A DNA stretch of 64,000 nt from Minisyncoccota bacterium (GCA_023137185.1 JAGLPS010000002.1:47458-111457), one strand, 5' to 3'. Numbered from the stretch's first letter, positions 36,720 to 47,349 are shown. The notes: generated from the letters alone by a model not told the origin. A program made the numbers and translations.

Positions 36720-37937
36720 TCAGGGGTTAATAATAGTAGTAAAAGTAATATCGCCCGAATAAGACCCTGATTGTTGGGTTGTTGGGACTTTTAAATAATA
36801 ATTAACTGTGTTTAGCGCGCTTCCTCCGCCAGAATCATCACTGGAATTACCAATCTGAGTAACATTGGTTGAACTAGCAACCCCAGCCCATAAAGTATTG
36901 GCATTATCAGCGTAATCATCCACGCTGCCCCACCAATCTGACGCAAGAAAAGAAGCAGTGCCACTTGCTGTCATTACACGAAAAGCAAGAACATCATTAC
37001 TGTTATCTAAAGAAGATATACGCACAGCATTTCCGGCAGACGATGTAGCTGCGCCGGCAGTCCATTCTAACTGATCAGTAATTCCTACAGAAGCGTTTGT
37101 AGTTAAATCCATTACAGTATTAGAGGGTCCTTGGTCGTTTCCGTAAATAGTCACATTCCATCCACTGGCAGAGTTTGTGTTCACATCTATAGTGCTGGTA
37201 GCGAAAACGGCAACCCCCGGAGTAACAATCGGAAAAGTATCAGTAGAAACAACCGCAGTAAGGGTTTCAGCTGGGGGGCTATAGTGCACGGTTATTTGTA
37301 TTTGGTCCACCCAAATATCAGCCTTAGCGCCAACTGCCATAGCCGCAAAAACCAACCCAAATCCACTGCTTTCTATTTCAGCTTCTGTCCATGTTGTGTT
37401 CCATTTCTCGTCAACCCCGCCATAAGTTGCAGCAGTAACAGAAGCTGGCCAGACAGTTGTTGTGTCTGCATTATCATCACTGCCAGCAACTGGTGTTCCA
37501 GCGCTTTTTGTTAGCTGAAGATGGTAATCTTTTCCATCGGCTCCACCTAAACTTCTTCTCGAAATTGATACTACAATTCCGTCAATGGTTGAATTAGTTG
37601 GAAGGTCAAAACCAAAATTAGAAAGGACTATCGTATAGCTTTTATTGCCGTCATCAAAACTGGGAGACGTAATATAAATTTCACTGCCATCCGCTGATAG
37701 CAAATCTGCTTGAACATCCGCACCCTCAAAAGCCCAAGCGATATCATCGCAATCAGCATAACCCCCGCCGTCTTTTGTGGACGCAGCAGTCCCCGCAGTC
37801 TTAGCCTGAGTCTCAGCAAAAACTCGTTCAGTTTTTGGTGGAATTGACGGATTCTTCCAAATCTGCGGCCACCCGGAAAAAATCCAGGCAAGAATCAAAA
37901 TAAAAACTAATAAAAATTTTCCAGATTTTCCAAACAT
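36720..37937 (-). CDS. Larger surface protein with the same WxL-like C-terminal domain and a distinct N-terminal domain
   Basis: SGWNVTIYGNDQ ... TLWAGVAS ... YSGDITFTTIINP; N-terminal TM/signal. Confidence 0.4.
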   Translation of the reverse strand: MFGKSGKFLLVFILILAWIFSGWPQIWKNPSIPPKTERVFAETQAKTAGTAASTKDGGGYADCDDIAWAFEGADVQADLLSADGSEIYITSPSFDDGNKSYTIVLSNFGFDLPTNSTIDGIVVSISRRSLGGADGKDYHLQLTKSAGTPVAGSDDNADTTTVWPASVTAATYGGVDEKWNTTWTEAEIESSGFGLVFAAMAVGAKADIWVDQIQITVHYSPPAETLTAVVSTDTFPIVTPGVAVFATSTIDVNTNSASGWNVTIYGNDQGPSNTVMDLTTNASVGITDQLEWTAGAATSSAGNAVRISSLDNSNDVLAFRVMTASGTASFLASDWWGSVDDYADNANTLWAGVASSTNVTQIGNSSDDSGGGSALNTVNYYLKVPTTQQSGSYSGDITFTTIINP

Positions 37938-38456
37938 TACTTTTATTATACAAAAAAACACCGAAACGAAAAACTAAAAAACTTGTAAATTGCCTACAAA
38001 TTGCTAACTAGCTCATTCTTTACTCTATGAGCTACGACGGTTAGATATTTTGGTAAGTTTTACAACAATCTCACATTCTTAAGAATGTGAGATTGTTGTA
38101 TTAAAATCCTCGAGCGTGCACTTGTTGTGGACTTGAAAAACCTCGGTGTAGCGCGCAAATGGCATTCGGTGTCGCTTTGCGACGCTCCACATCTCGCCGT
38201 TTCGGGCGAAAGTGCAACTTGGCGGAGGAGGTGGGATTCGGTCACAAATAATTTTCTGCTGAAAATTTTCGCGACTCTTACAGAGTCTGTACACCTTTTG
38301 GACAATTCAGAAATTGTCTCAAAAGGTCTTGCGAAATGCTCCCAGCATTTCTCACCCGACTCGGCGCCGTCGCGCCTCCGTCTTTCGAATCCCTCTCTCA
38401 CAACCAAAGCTGCTAATTTTTGATACCTATATAAACGGTATCAAAATTATCAGTGC

Positions 38457-38542
38457 GGAGGAGGTGGGATTCGAACCCACGAGGGGATTTCTCCCCTAAC
38501 GCCTTAGCAGAGCGCCACTTTCGACCACTCAGTCACTCCTCC
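38457..38542 (-). tRNA. tRNA-Ser, anticodon GCU (long variable arm)
   Basis: The minus strand reads GGAGGAG..GCGCT-CTGCTAA-GGCGT, variable arm TAGGGGAGAAATCCCCTCG, T-arm GGGTTCGAATCCC, acceptor CTCCTCC-G. Confidence 0.85.
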
Positions 38543-38619
38543 TTGTGGTGAAACTTTATCATATTTACTCCCTTTTTCCCATTACTTTTACATATTTTTT
38601 CTAAAAACTAAAAGCTATT

Positions 38620-39279
38620 TCAATGCGCGATGGTATACGCGATTACCTTTCGCGCTCCTGCCTTTTTAAGTGTTTTCGTTGCTTCTTTCAATGTGCTGCC
38701 GGTGGTAACAATGTCATCTATAAGGATTATATTTCTTCCTTTGATTCGTGACGCGGTTTTTACTCCAAAAGAACCCACAGGATTTTTAATACGCTCGCTT
38801 TTGTTTTTTGTTTTTGTTTGGGGGATTGTATTTTTTGTTTTTATTAAAATATGTTTTTGATATTCAAAAATTTTGTTGATGTCGAAAATCATAATCGACT
38901 CTGCCAGAATTTCCGTCTGGTTAAAGCCGCGCTCTTTTTTGTGTTTGTTTGATGAGGGTATCGGAATAAGCAGGGGAGAAGAGAAATTTTGAAAAGAAAG
39001 AATGTCTTCTACATCGTCTAGAATAATCGTATAAAGAATCTCTCCAAATTTCTTCGCAATTTTTTTATTCCCCCTGTACTTCACTTCTCGGATAGCCTCT
39101 CGCGCTAATGGGTCCGTGTATCTAAAGACCGTTTTACACTGGGGAAGCTCGGTAAAACAGCGCTCCATTTTTTCGAGATACTCTTCCGCTGTCATTTTCT
39201 CAATTTTTTGTATAGATGCGGGTTGGGGAAACGTATAGTCAAGAAAAATTTCTCCTAATTTCTTCACAAAAATAAACAT
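38620..39279 (-). CDS. comF: ComF-family phosphoribosyltransferase-domain protein
   Basis: C-terminal PRTase motif NIILIDDIVTTGSTL; next to the T4P locus. Confidence 0.7.
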   Translation of the reverse strand: MFIFVKKLGEIFLDYTFPQPASIQKIEKMTAEEYLEKMERCFTELPQCKTVFRYTDPLAREAIREVKYRGNKKIAKKFGEILYTIILDDVEDILSFQNFSSPLLIPIPSSNKHKKERGFNQTEILAESIMIFDINKIFEYQKHILIKTKNTIPQTKTKNKSERIKNPVGSFGVKTASRIKGRNIILIDDIVTTGSTLKEATKTLKKAGARKVIAYTIAH

Positions 39280-39333
39280 ATATTCTCATTTTACAATGTT
39301 TATGAGAAACTAGTGTGATATACTGAAATCACT

Positions 39334-40452
39334 GTGACTAATTTCTTTAAAGGATTTTTTGGAGGGAAAAAGGAAAGCGTTATTGGAATTGATATCGGAA
39401 CTTCTGCTATCAAAGTTGTGCAAATCTCACGCAAGGGACAGAAGGTTGTTCTTGACACGTATGGGGCTCTTGCACTCGGACCCTACGTCGATATGGAAAT
39501 TGGGAGGGCAACGAATCTCTCTGTCGAGAAAACAGTTGAAGCGCTTGGAGATGTATTGAAAGAGGCGAATATAACAACACGACAATGCGGCATTGCGATT
39601 CCTTTTGCCTCTAGTTTAATGACCGTTATTGAAATGCCTGATGTAAGCGTCGAGCAACTGGTCGGAATGATTCCTATCGAAGCGCGAAAATATATTCCAG
39701 TTCCTATCTCCGAAGTAATGCTTGACTGGTCAGTCATTCCTTCAGATGAATATACCGCAACAGGAAAAGAAACTACGGATGTTTCAAAAACTACTGAGAC
39801 TGTAAAAAAGAAAAAAGATGTGCTTATTGTTGCGATTCACAAAGAGATGGTCGCAAAATATCAAGATATTGTAAAAAAAACGGATCTCAACGCGAGTTTT
39901 TTTGAAATTGAATTATTTAGCACTATGAGAAGCGTGCTTGAGCAGGAAAATGTTCCTGTCGGGGTTTTGGATATGGGAGCGGCATCTACTAAACTTTATG
40001 TGATTGAACGAGGAGCTGTTAGAGTTTCTCATACAGTGAATCGTGGTTCCCAGGACGTTACCCTTGCGATTTCGAAATCTCTCGGGATCCCCGTCAATCA
40101 GGCGGAAGTAATAAAGAGGGACCCTAATTTGGGCGGACACAGTGATGATAAAGGAGTATTGGAAGCAGTATCGCTAGTCACAGACCATATTTTTTCAGAA
40201 GCAAGTCGCGTCTTTTTTAGTTACCAGAAGAAACATCAGAAGAATATAAGCAAAATTATTCTTGTGGGTGGGGGTATTGCGCTCGCGGGACTCACAGACA
40301 AGGCTCGTAAAGCGCTTAAGATAGAAGTAGAAAAAGGCGACCCTTTTTCAAAAGTAGAGGCCCCCGCTTTTTTGGACGAGGTTCTTAAGAAAGTGGGTCC
40401 AGAATTTGCCGTTGCGGTTGGGGTTGCCCTCCGTCGTCTGCAAGAAGTTTGA
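39334..40452 (+). CDS. pilM: Type IV pilus assembly ATPase-like protein PilM
   Basis: VIGIDIGTSAIKVV actin-like fold; 372 aa; precedes pilN/pilO. Confidence 0.85.
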   Translation: MTNFFKGFFGGKKESVIGIDIGTSAIKVVQISRKGQKVVLDTYGALALGPYVDMEIGRATNLSVEKTVEALGDVLKEANITTRQCGIAIPFASSLMTVIEMPDVSVEQLVGMIPIEARKYIPVPISEVMLDWSVIPSDEYTATGKETTDVSKTTETVKKKKDVLIVAIHKEMVAKYQDIVKKTDLNASFFEIELFSTMRSVLEQENVPVGVLDMGAASTKLYVIERGAVRVSHTVNRGSQDVTLAISKSLGIPVNQAEVIKRDPNLGGHSDDKGVLEAVSLVTDHIFSEASRVFFSYQKKHQKNISKIILVGGGIALAGLTDKARKALKIEVEKGDPFSKVEAPAFLDEVLKKVGPEFAVAVGVALRRLQEV

Positions 40453-40519
40453 CTCTGTAGTAGATTTTGGCATTGCCCGCGGGGCATATTAAGATGTTAT
40501 GCCAAAATTCACTACGGGG
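40453..40519. mobile_element. MITE-like nested-hairpin element (TIR CTCTGTAGTAGATTTTGGCAT / ATGCCAAAATTCACTACGGGG) between pilM and pilN
   Basis: 21-bp inverted ends, inner hairpin TGCCCCGCGGGGCA-like; followed by an extended -10 TGGTATAAT at ~40541. Confidence 0.5.
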
Positions 40520-40560
40520 TTTGATACTCCTCAAAATATCGTGGTATAATTTCAAAAGAA

Positions 40561-41172
40561 ATGGATACAAAATTTCAAACATCTTTTATTCCGAAAAAGC
40601 CCATAATTCCTTCGGGTAAAGCAGAGCACAATGTGCATCCGACGAACTTTTTTTCTTTGCTTACAAGTGTGTTGCTTGTAATTACTCTTCTTGCCGCTGC
40701 CGGTGTATTTGCATATCAGGGGTATCTTTCAAATAGGATTAAAACGCTAGATACGCAGCTTGCCCAGATGGAAGAAACCTTTGAATCAGAACTTATTACC
40801 GAGCTTTCTCATATTGATAGCCGTCTTAAATCCGCAAAAAGTATTCTTGAAAATCATCTTTCAACCGTATCTCTGTTTGAACTTCTGGAAGCAATTACTC
40901 TTCAAGATGTTCAATTTACGAATTTTGATTATACGTTAGGGTCAAATGGTATTACTGTTGAAATGAGCGGTAAGGCAAGAAATTACAGCACACTTGTACT
41001 GCAATCTGACGAATTTGTAAATAGTAAAGATGTCCGGAGTATCGTGTTTTCCAATCTCGACCTTGATTCGACCGGTAACGTGCTTTTTAGGCTTGCGCTA
41101 CAAATTAATAAGACCGGATTTCTTTATAAAAACAGCATTCAGACGCTCTCGTTTGAGGGGTTTCCTTTTTAA
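40561..41172 (+). CDS. pilN: PilN-like pilus assembly protein (bitopic)
   Basis: Cytoplasmic N-terminus, one TM helix, coiled-coil periplasmic domain; position after pilM. Confidence 0.6.
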   Translation: MDTKFQTSFIPKKPIIPSGKAEHNVHPTNFFSLLTSVLLVITLLAAAGVFAYQGYLSNRIKTLDTQLAQMEETFESELITELSHIDSRLKSAKSILENHLSTVSLFELLEAITLQDVQFTNFDYTLGSNGITVEMSGKARNYSTLVLQSDEFVNSKDVRSIVFSNLDLDSTGNVLFRLALQINKTGFLYKNSIQTLSFEGFPF

Positions 41173-41178
41173 CGCATT

Positions 41179-41730
41179 ATGAATCGTACAGCACCAATCT
41201 TTCTAATAATTCTTGCCGTAGCCATTTTCTATGTCTATATTGACCCCGCGTATGCGGATATACGACAGCTCCAAGTTGAAGAAAAGGCATATGCGGAAGC
41301 GATTGAAAGTGTTCGGGCAGTTGAACAGAAACGTAATGAACTTATATTAAAATATAATTCTTTTTCAAGCGTTGATTTAGATCGTCTTGATGAAATGATT
41401 CCGAGTACAATCGACAATATGCGTCTTGTCGCCGAAATTAACGGAATTGCGCAGCAGTACGATATTGAAATCAGACGAGTGCGAGTAGCGGAATATCGGG
41501 AGGGAAATATTCCACGGGAAGGGACAGTTACGGAGGGGATTCCAGATGTGCATAAAATGCTTACAATGAGTTTCACTTTTGACGCGCCTTATGATTCTTT
41601 TATTAAATTTATGAATGACTTGGAGCAAAGCCTGCGAATTCTTGATTTTTCCTCAATATCTTTCAGGGTTGAATCAGATACACAAGAAGCGACTTATAAT
41701 GTGACTTTACGGACATACTGGCTTCCATAA
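41179..41730 (+). CDS. pilO: PilO-like pilus assembly protein
   Basis: N-terminal TM + coiled coil; position in the locus. Confidence 0.5.
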   Translation: MNRTAPIFLIILAVAIFYVYIDPAYADIRQLQVEEKAYAEAIESVRAVEQKRNELILKYNSFSSVDLDRLDEMIPSTIDNMRLVAEINGIAQQYDIEIRRVRVAEYREGNIPREGTVTEGIPDVHKMLTMSFTFDAPYDSFIKFMNDLEQSLRILDFSSISFRVESDTQEATYNVTLRTYWLP

Positions 41731-41739
41731 ATATCTATT

Positions 41740-42027
41740 ATGAAAGAGAATTTTTTACAAAAAAATAGAGGAACAATAACACTTATACTGATTGCGGCGG
41801 TAATCTTTTGGGTGTATACAGTATTTTTCAGAGGCGCTCCAAAAGATTTCACTCAGCCGACAAACCTTATCGGGAAAAGCGCTATTGAAATGCTTAACAG
41901 GCTCAATTCAATTACCCTTGATGGTTCTGTTTTTTCTTCTCCTGCTTTTCATGAACTCAAAGATTTTGAATTAGTACTCCCGGAACAACCTGTTGGTCGC
42001 AGTAATCCGTTTGCGCCTGTGCGATAG
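41740..42027 (+). CDS. Small bitopic membrane protein (possible PilP-like)
   Basis: TM helix only; operon context. Confidence 0.3.
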   Translation: MKENFLQKNRGTITLILIAAVIFWVYTVFFRGAPKDFTQPTNLIGKSAIEMLNRLNSITLDGSVFSSPAFHELKDFELVLPEQPVGRSNPFAPVR

Positions 42028-42053
42028 AAAATCCTGAGGTCTTTTAAAAGTAT

Positions 42054-43802
42054 ATGGGAATTTTAGACATCCTAGCGAGAAGAAATATTGTTCGTGAAGA
42101 AGATATTCCAGTTATCAGAAGAAAAGCTGGAAACTCCCAAGAAAAGCTTGAGGTGTTGCTTAAAGAGATTGGAGTTAGTAATAAGGACATTCTTGAAAGC
42201 AAGGGAGAGTATTTTGATATTCCGGTTAAGGAAGTAAATGATGATGAAATTTCCAATGAAATTCTTGAATATATTCCGGAAGAATCGGCGCTTCATTATC
42301 ACTTTGTTTCTATTGGTTTTTCCAACGGGGTGCTTGAAGTAGGTATTACTGACCCTAACAATATTGAAGCGCGGGACGCGCTCACTTTTATCTCCGCAAA
42401 AATAAATCTGCCGTATAAGATTTTTCTTATTTCTGAAGAGGATTTTAAACACGTTGTGGGTTTGTATAAAGGACTTTCTCGCGATGTGACTGAAGCGGTG
42501 TCGGAATTTGAAGGAGGAAAAGATTCCCAAGGCGCAAAGCGGAAAGTACATACAAAAGAACCCGAACAAGAAAAGGTGAAAAAAATACGAAAGGAAGAGG
42601 ATGAGGTTGAAGTGAGAACCATAGAAGATGCTCCTGCTAAAAAAATTGTTTCAACAATTTTAAGATATGCCGCTGAAGGAAACACGTCTGATGTGCACAT
42701 TGAACAAATGAGAGAAGTTGTCCGGGTGCGTTTTCGGGTTGATGGAATTTTGAACACTAGTCTTGTACTTCCGCGAAGGGTGTCCGATGCAGTAATTGGA
42801 TATATAAAAGTTCAGGCGAATTTACGACTGGAAGAACGTCGCAAACCGCAAGACGGTCGTTTTTCCGCTCTTATTGAAGACAAAAAAATAGATTTTCGCG
42901 TATCTACTTTCCCAACTCATTATGGAGAAAAGGTTGTGATGAGAATTTTGGACCAGAGTAAGGGAATAAAAAAGCTTGACGACCTTGGTCTAAGCAAAAA
43001 GAATCTCTCCACAATTCGCAGGGCAATACAACGCCCTTTCGGGCTTATTCTTATTTCTGGTCCGACAGGTTCTGGTAAAACGACGACTCTCTACGCGATG
43101 CTCAACGAAATAGATAAGGAAACGCAAAATGTATTAAGTCTCGAGGATCCAATTGAATACAACATTGAAGGAATCAATCAATCTCAGGTGCGTCCGGAGA
43201 TAAACTACACTTTCGCGAATGGTTTACGAACCGCTCTACGTCAGGATCCCGATATCATTATGGTTGGCGAGATTCGCGATAAAGAAACTGCCCAACTTGC
43301 TATTCAGGCGGCACTTACTGGGCATCTCGTGTTTTCAACTATACACACTAATAATGCGATAGGAACTGTTCCGCGTCTCGTGGATATGGGAGTCGACCCT
43401 TATCTTATTAGTCCAACCCTTATTTTAGCCATTGCCCAGCGACTTGTCCGTACCTTGTGTCCGGGGGCGGGAAAACCAATGTTGGTTGAAGGGAGTATTG
43501 CGATGATGATAGAAAAACAGTTCGCGGACCTTCCTGAAAAATTCAAAAAGGACATTCCTCTTGGTAAATATGTATACGGGGTGTCTCCAACTCCAGAATG
43601 CCCAACAGGACTGCGTGGAAGAGTAGCCGCGATGGAAGTATTTGAGATAGACAAACACATAGAAGAGTTGATTCTCAAAAGTCCAACTGAAGTAGATATT
43701 TGGAAAGCGGCAAGAGAAAATGGAATGTTGACTATGAAAGAGGATGCACTTATTAAAGCATTTGAAAGAAAGGTTTCTTTTGAAGAAGTCAACGGTCTCT
43801 AG
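42054..43802 (+). CDS. pilB: Type IV pilus assembly ATPase PilB/GspE
   Basis: N-terminal GSPII domain, Walker A SGPTGSGKTTT, Asp box, His box, tetracysteine CP..C motif. Confidence 0.9.
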   Translation: MGILDILARRNIVREEDIPVIRRKAGNSQEKLEVLLKEIGVSNKDILESKGEYFDIPVKEVNDDEISNEILEYIPEESALHYHFVSIGFSNGVLEVGITDPNNIEARDALTFISAKINLPYKIFLISEEDFKHVVGLYKGLSRDVTEAVSEFEGGKDSQGAKRKVHTKEPEQEKVKKIRKEEDEVEVRTIEDAPAKKIVSTILRYAAEGNTSDVHIEQMREVVRVRFRVDGILNTSLVLPRRVSDAVIGYIKVQANLRLEERRKPQDGRFSALIEDKKIDFRVSTFPTHYGEKVVMRILDQSKGIKKLDDLGLSKKNLSTIRRAIQRPFGLILISGPTGSGKTTTLYAMLNEIDKETQNVLSLEDPIEYNIEGINQSQVRPEINYTFANGLRTALRQDPDIIMVGEIRDKETAQLAIQAALTGHLVFSTIHTNNAIGTVPRLVDMGVDPYLISPTLILAIAQRLVRTLCPGAGKPMLVEGSIAMMIEKQFADLPEKFKKDIPLGKYVYGVSPTPECPTGLRGRVAAMEVFEIDKHIEELILKSPTEVDIWKAARENGMLTMKEDALIKAFERKVSFEEVNGL

Positions 43803-43866
43803 AGGTGTTGAACGTATATAAAAATGTTACTATAGCAATATCTCTACACAGAGGAATAATAAAGGT

Positions 43867-44259
43867 ATGACCGAGCAAAAATATAAAATGCTAATTGTTG
43901 ATGATGACCGTTTTCTTACCGATATGTATTCTCACAAGTTCGAAAAAAGCGGTTTTAATGTGGTGGTTGCGGACAATTCCGAAAAAGCTCTTTCAGTTCT
44001 AAAAGAGGATCCCAAACCCGATTTGTTACTTTTAGATGTTATCTTACCTGGCATGACTGGAATAGAGCTTCTCAAAAAAATCAGAGAAGAAAAACTAGTT
44101 ACAGACGCTATAGTGATTATGCTATCCAATCAAGGAAGCAAAGAAGATATAAACGAAGTGAAGGACTTAGATATTGATTGTTATATTATTAAGGCGACAA
44201 CGATTCCATCGGAAGTTGTTGAAAAAGTGCAAAAAGTAATTGACACACACAAGAAATAA
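43867..44259 (+). CDS. Receiver-domain response regulator (PilH/PilG-like)
   Basis: MLIVDDD...DLLLLDVILPGMTGIELL. Confidence 0.8.
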   Translation: MTEQKYKMLIVDDDRFLTDMYSHKFEKSGFNVVVADNSEKALSVLKEDPKPDLLLLDVILPGMTGIELLKKIREEKLVTDAIVIMLSNQGSKEDINEVKDLDIDCYIIKATTIPSEVVEKVQKVIDTHKK

Positions 44260-44261
44260 TT

Positions 44262-45323
44262 ATGGATTATCAACGCGAACTTGAAGATTTATTCAATGCG
44301 GTTATTGCTGAGGAAAGTTCCGATCTCCATTTTTCAGAAGGTCGGCACCCGACTATCCGTTCTGCGGGTTTTCTTATACCCCTTGTAAAAAAAGATGTCC
44401 TCAAAAAAGAAGATCTTACGGGTTTTACCAAAGCGATTCTGACGCCAGATCAGCAACAGGAACTTGTCACAAAAAAAGAGATTGATTTTGCGTATATGTA
44501 TGATGATAAAGCGCGATTTCGTGGCAACATCTTTTATCAGCAAGGTAGAATAAGTATTGCGCTTCGCCTTATTCCCAGAAATATCAGAACGTTTGCGGAA
44601 CTCAACCTCCCTGAAGCCCTTGATATGTTTTCTCGCAAGAAACAAGGATTTTTTCTAGTTGTTGGTCCTACGGGACAGGGGAAAAGCACTACACTAGCTT
44701 CAATGGTTGAGCTTATTAATAATGAACGACTTGAGCACATTATTACCATTGAGGACCCTATTGAGTATCTTTTTGAACAAAAAAAATCAATTATTGACCA
44801 ACGGGAAATAAAATCGGATACTCGCAGTTTTCACAGCGCTCTGCACAGTGTGTTCCGTCAGGATGTTGATGTTGTAATGATTGGGGAAATGCGCGATCCG
44901 GAAACAATAGGTACAGCTGTAACAGCGGCTGAAACAGGACATTTGGTGTTTTCCACACTTCATACGAACAGTGCCGCGCAAACAATTGACCGTATTATTG
45001 ATTCATTTCCCGCAGGCCAGCAAGACCAAACCAGGTTGCAGCTTTCAAGCAGCCTTATTGGAATTTTTTCTCAGCGACTTATTCCGCGCATCTCTGGAGG
45101 ACTTATTCCCGCTTACGAGCTTCTTATAAGCAACAATGCTGTTTCTAACCTTATTCGGGAACGCAGGACTCATGAAATTAATACAGTAATAGAAACAAGT
45201 TCTCAGGAAGGAATGGTTGATCTTAACCGTTCTCTTTCAGATTTAGTACGCAGAGGAGAAATTACTGTTGAAAATGCGTATCTGCACACGTTGAATCAAA
45301 AAACGCTTGAACGAATGCTTTAA
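44262..45323 (+). CDS. pilT: Twitching-motility retraction ATPase PilT
   Basis: Walker A GPTGQGKSTT; AIRNLIRE-like motif NLIRERRTHEI. Confidence 0.9.
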   Translation: MDYQRELEDLFNAVIAEESSDLHFSEGRHPTIRSAGFLIPLVKKDVLKKEDLTGFTKAILTPDQQQELVTKKEIDFAYMYDDKARFRGNIFYQQGRISIALRLIPRNIRTFAELNLPEALDMFSRKKQGFFLVVGPTGQGKSTTLASMVELINNERLEHIITIEDPIEYLFEQKKSIIDQREIKSDTRSFHSALHSVFRQDVDVVMIGEMRDPETIGTAVTAAETGHLVFSTLHTNSAAQTIDRIIDSFPAGQQDQTRLQLSSSLIGIFSQRLIPRISGGLIPAYELLISNNAVSNLIRERRTHEINTVIETSSQEGMVDLNRSLSDLVRRGEITVENAYLHTLNQKTLERML

Positions 45324-45328
45324 CACAT

Positions 45329-46531
45329 ATGATTTTTAATTATAAAGGGGTTAATAAATTAGGAGAGGGAAAACGAGGAACTGTTGAGGCGGTTAATATC
45401 GATGCTGCAATTGATACTCTCCAGGCTCAAGGACTGACACTTTCCTCCATTGTTCCTATAGAAGAGAGAGTGTCCATTGACTATCTTTCGTTTCTTCGTC
45501 AAGTATCTACTAAAGATGTAGTCATTTTGTCTCGGCAGATGGCAACCCTCTTTCAGTCAAAAGTGCCGGCGCTTAGAGTATTTAAACTGCTTGCGGCAGA
45601 AACTGAAAATGCCCTCTTGCGTGAAGCGCTTGATGAAATTGCGAATGACCTTCAGGCAGGAAGCTCAATCTCGAAAGCGCTATCTCGTCATCCAAAGATT
45701 TTCTCCGAATTTTATGTGAATATGGTTAAAGCGGGGGAAGAGTCGGGGCGTCTTGATGAAATTTTCTTATATTTAGCGGATTACCTTGACCGAACGTTTG
45801 AAATAACCTCGAAAGCAAAAGGAGCTTTTGTATACCCTTTGTTTGTCGTTGGAGTTTTTGTCGGAGTAGTTTCTTTGATGCTTACGTTAATTATCCCCAA
45901 GATTACTTCTATTCTTATTGAAGCGAATACAGAACTGCCAATTTATACAAAGATAGTTATCGGTACAAGCGATTTTTTAATTAATTACGGCTTACTTTTT
46001 GTTATAGGTATCGGGCTTGCTCTTGTCGTGTTGGGGCGTTATGTTCGTACTCCCGATGGCGCTCTTTCTTTCGATTCGTTTAAATTAAGCGTACCGTTGG
46101 TGGGAGGCTTGTATAAGAAGCTTTATCTTTCTCGTATTGCCGATAATCTCAATACAATGATTATTTCAGGCATACCTATACTGCGAGCTATTGAAATTAC
46201 CAGCTCTGTGGTGGGGAGTCCTGTATATAAACAAATTCTTGACGAAAGCCTTATTGCGGTAAAAGGAGGAAATACACTTTCTGAATCCTTGTCAGGACAT
46301 CCTGAAATGCCAGGAATTATGATTCAGATGATGAAAGTGGGCGAGGAGACTGGAGAGTTAGGCAGCATTTTAAAAACGCTCTCACGATTTTATCAGCGGG
46401 AAGTAACAACTACCGTGGATACGCTTGTTGAACTTATTGAACCGATAATGATTGTCGTTCTTGCCACAGGGGTCGGTGTTTTACTTGCTGCGGTACTTCT
46501 TCCTATTTACGACGTTGCTGCTGGATTTTAA
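45329..46531 (+). CDS. pilC: Type IV pilus platform protein PilC (GspF family)
   Basis: Two T2SSF repeats, 3-4 TM; 400 aa. Confidence 0.9.
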   Translation: MIFNYKGVNKLGEGKRGTVEAVNIDAAIDTLQAQGLTLSSIVPIEERVSIDYLSFLRQVSTKDVVILSRQMATLFQSKVPALRVFKLLAAETENALLREALDEIANDLQAGSSISKALSRHPKIFSEFYVNMVKAGEESGRLDEIFLYLADYLDRTFEITSKAKGAFVYPLFVVGVFVGVVSLMLTLIIPKITSILIEANTELPIYTKIVIGTSDFLINYGLLFVIGIGLALVVLGRYVRTPDGALSFDSFKLSVPLVGGLYKKLYLSRIADNLNTMIISGIPILRAIEITSSVVGSPVYKQILDESLIAVKGGNTLSESLSGHPEMPGIMIQMMKVGEETGELGSILKTLSRFYQREVTTTVDTLVELIEPIMIVVLATGVGVLLAAVLLPIYDVAAGF

Positions 46532-46794
46532 CCCCCACGCCAACTTTGTCATTGTCACAGTATTTTCAAAAATAAAGTAATTGTAAAAAACACAGCAATA
46601 TCTTCGGTGTTATGAATACATCGGCTTAGGCGACAAAATACTATGCCAAAGTTGGTGTGGGAGTAAAGTTGTCAACAAAAGACTGTTTGAATTTTCTCTC
46701 ATACGTTATAATAAGAACACTAAGCTTTTTATTAAAAAAGCGGCTCAATTAATGAGTCGGTCGAATGTAAAGTTATTAAGTTATTTTTAAAAGC

Positions 46795-47277
46795 ATGCTT
46801 AAAAAAAATAAAGGTTTCACCCTTATTGAATTGTTAGTCGTTATTGCTATTATCGGTATTCTTTCGTCTGTTGTTTTGGCGAGTCTAAATACCGCTAGAG
46901 TAAAAGGATCAGATGCTGCGATAAAAGCGAATCTTTCAAGTATTCGCGCGCAAGCAGAAATTCTCTACGATACGCATGGAGCATACGGAGTTGACAGCAC
47001 ACCGACAGTGTTTGCTGAAGGAGTGTGTGCGGCAACAGCCGACACTCTTTTTGCTGACTCTACTATCTCTCAACAGATTACTGCGGCAGGAAACGCAAGT
47101 ACTGGCGGTGGAATAGGGGTAGGCCGATGTGTGGTTACCACATCAGGAGCTGCGTGGGCAGTTTCAGTTCCTCTCAAGAGCGTTTCTACGAATGCATGGT
47201 GTGTTGACAGTGGCGGAGCATCGAAGGAGGTTACAGCCGGAGATGCAGGAATTACTGCGGCAGGTGCGTGTAACTAG
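46795..47277 (+). CDS. pilA: Major type IV pilin (short leader)
   Basis: MLKKNKG|FTLIELLVVIAIIGIL; C-terminal Cys pair; followed by a strong terminator. Confidence 0.85.
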   Translation: MLKKNKGFTLIELLVVIAIIGILSSVVLASLNTARVKGSDAAIKANLSSIRAQAEILYDTHGAYGVDSTPTVFAEGVCAATADTLFADSTISQQITAAGNASTGGGIGVGRCVVTTSGAAWAVSVPLKSVSTNAWCVDSGGASKEVTAGDAGITAAGACN

Positions 47278-47296
47278 AAATTCTTTTAAACCAAAA

Positions 47297-47322
47297 AACC
47301 ACCCGCGCGGGTGGTTTTTTGT
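47297..47322 (+). terminator. Rho-independent terminator after pilA
   Basis: CCACCCGCGCGGGTGG followed by TTTTTT. Confidence 0.7.
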
Positions 47323-47349
47323 TGTTTGCTTACATTGTATAATATTAAT

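Noticed and set aside
47311-47349. Track start of pilD at 47311
   Set aside because: It lies within the T-tract of the pilA terminator and is not conserved as PilD sequence. GTG 47350 is preferred.
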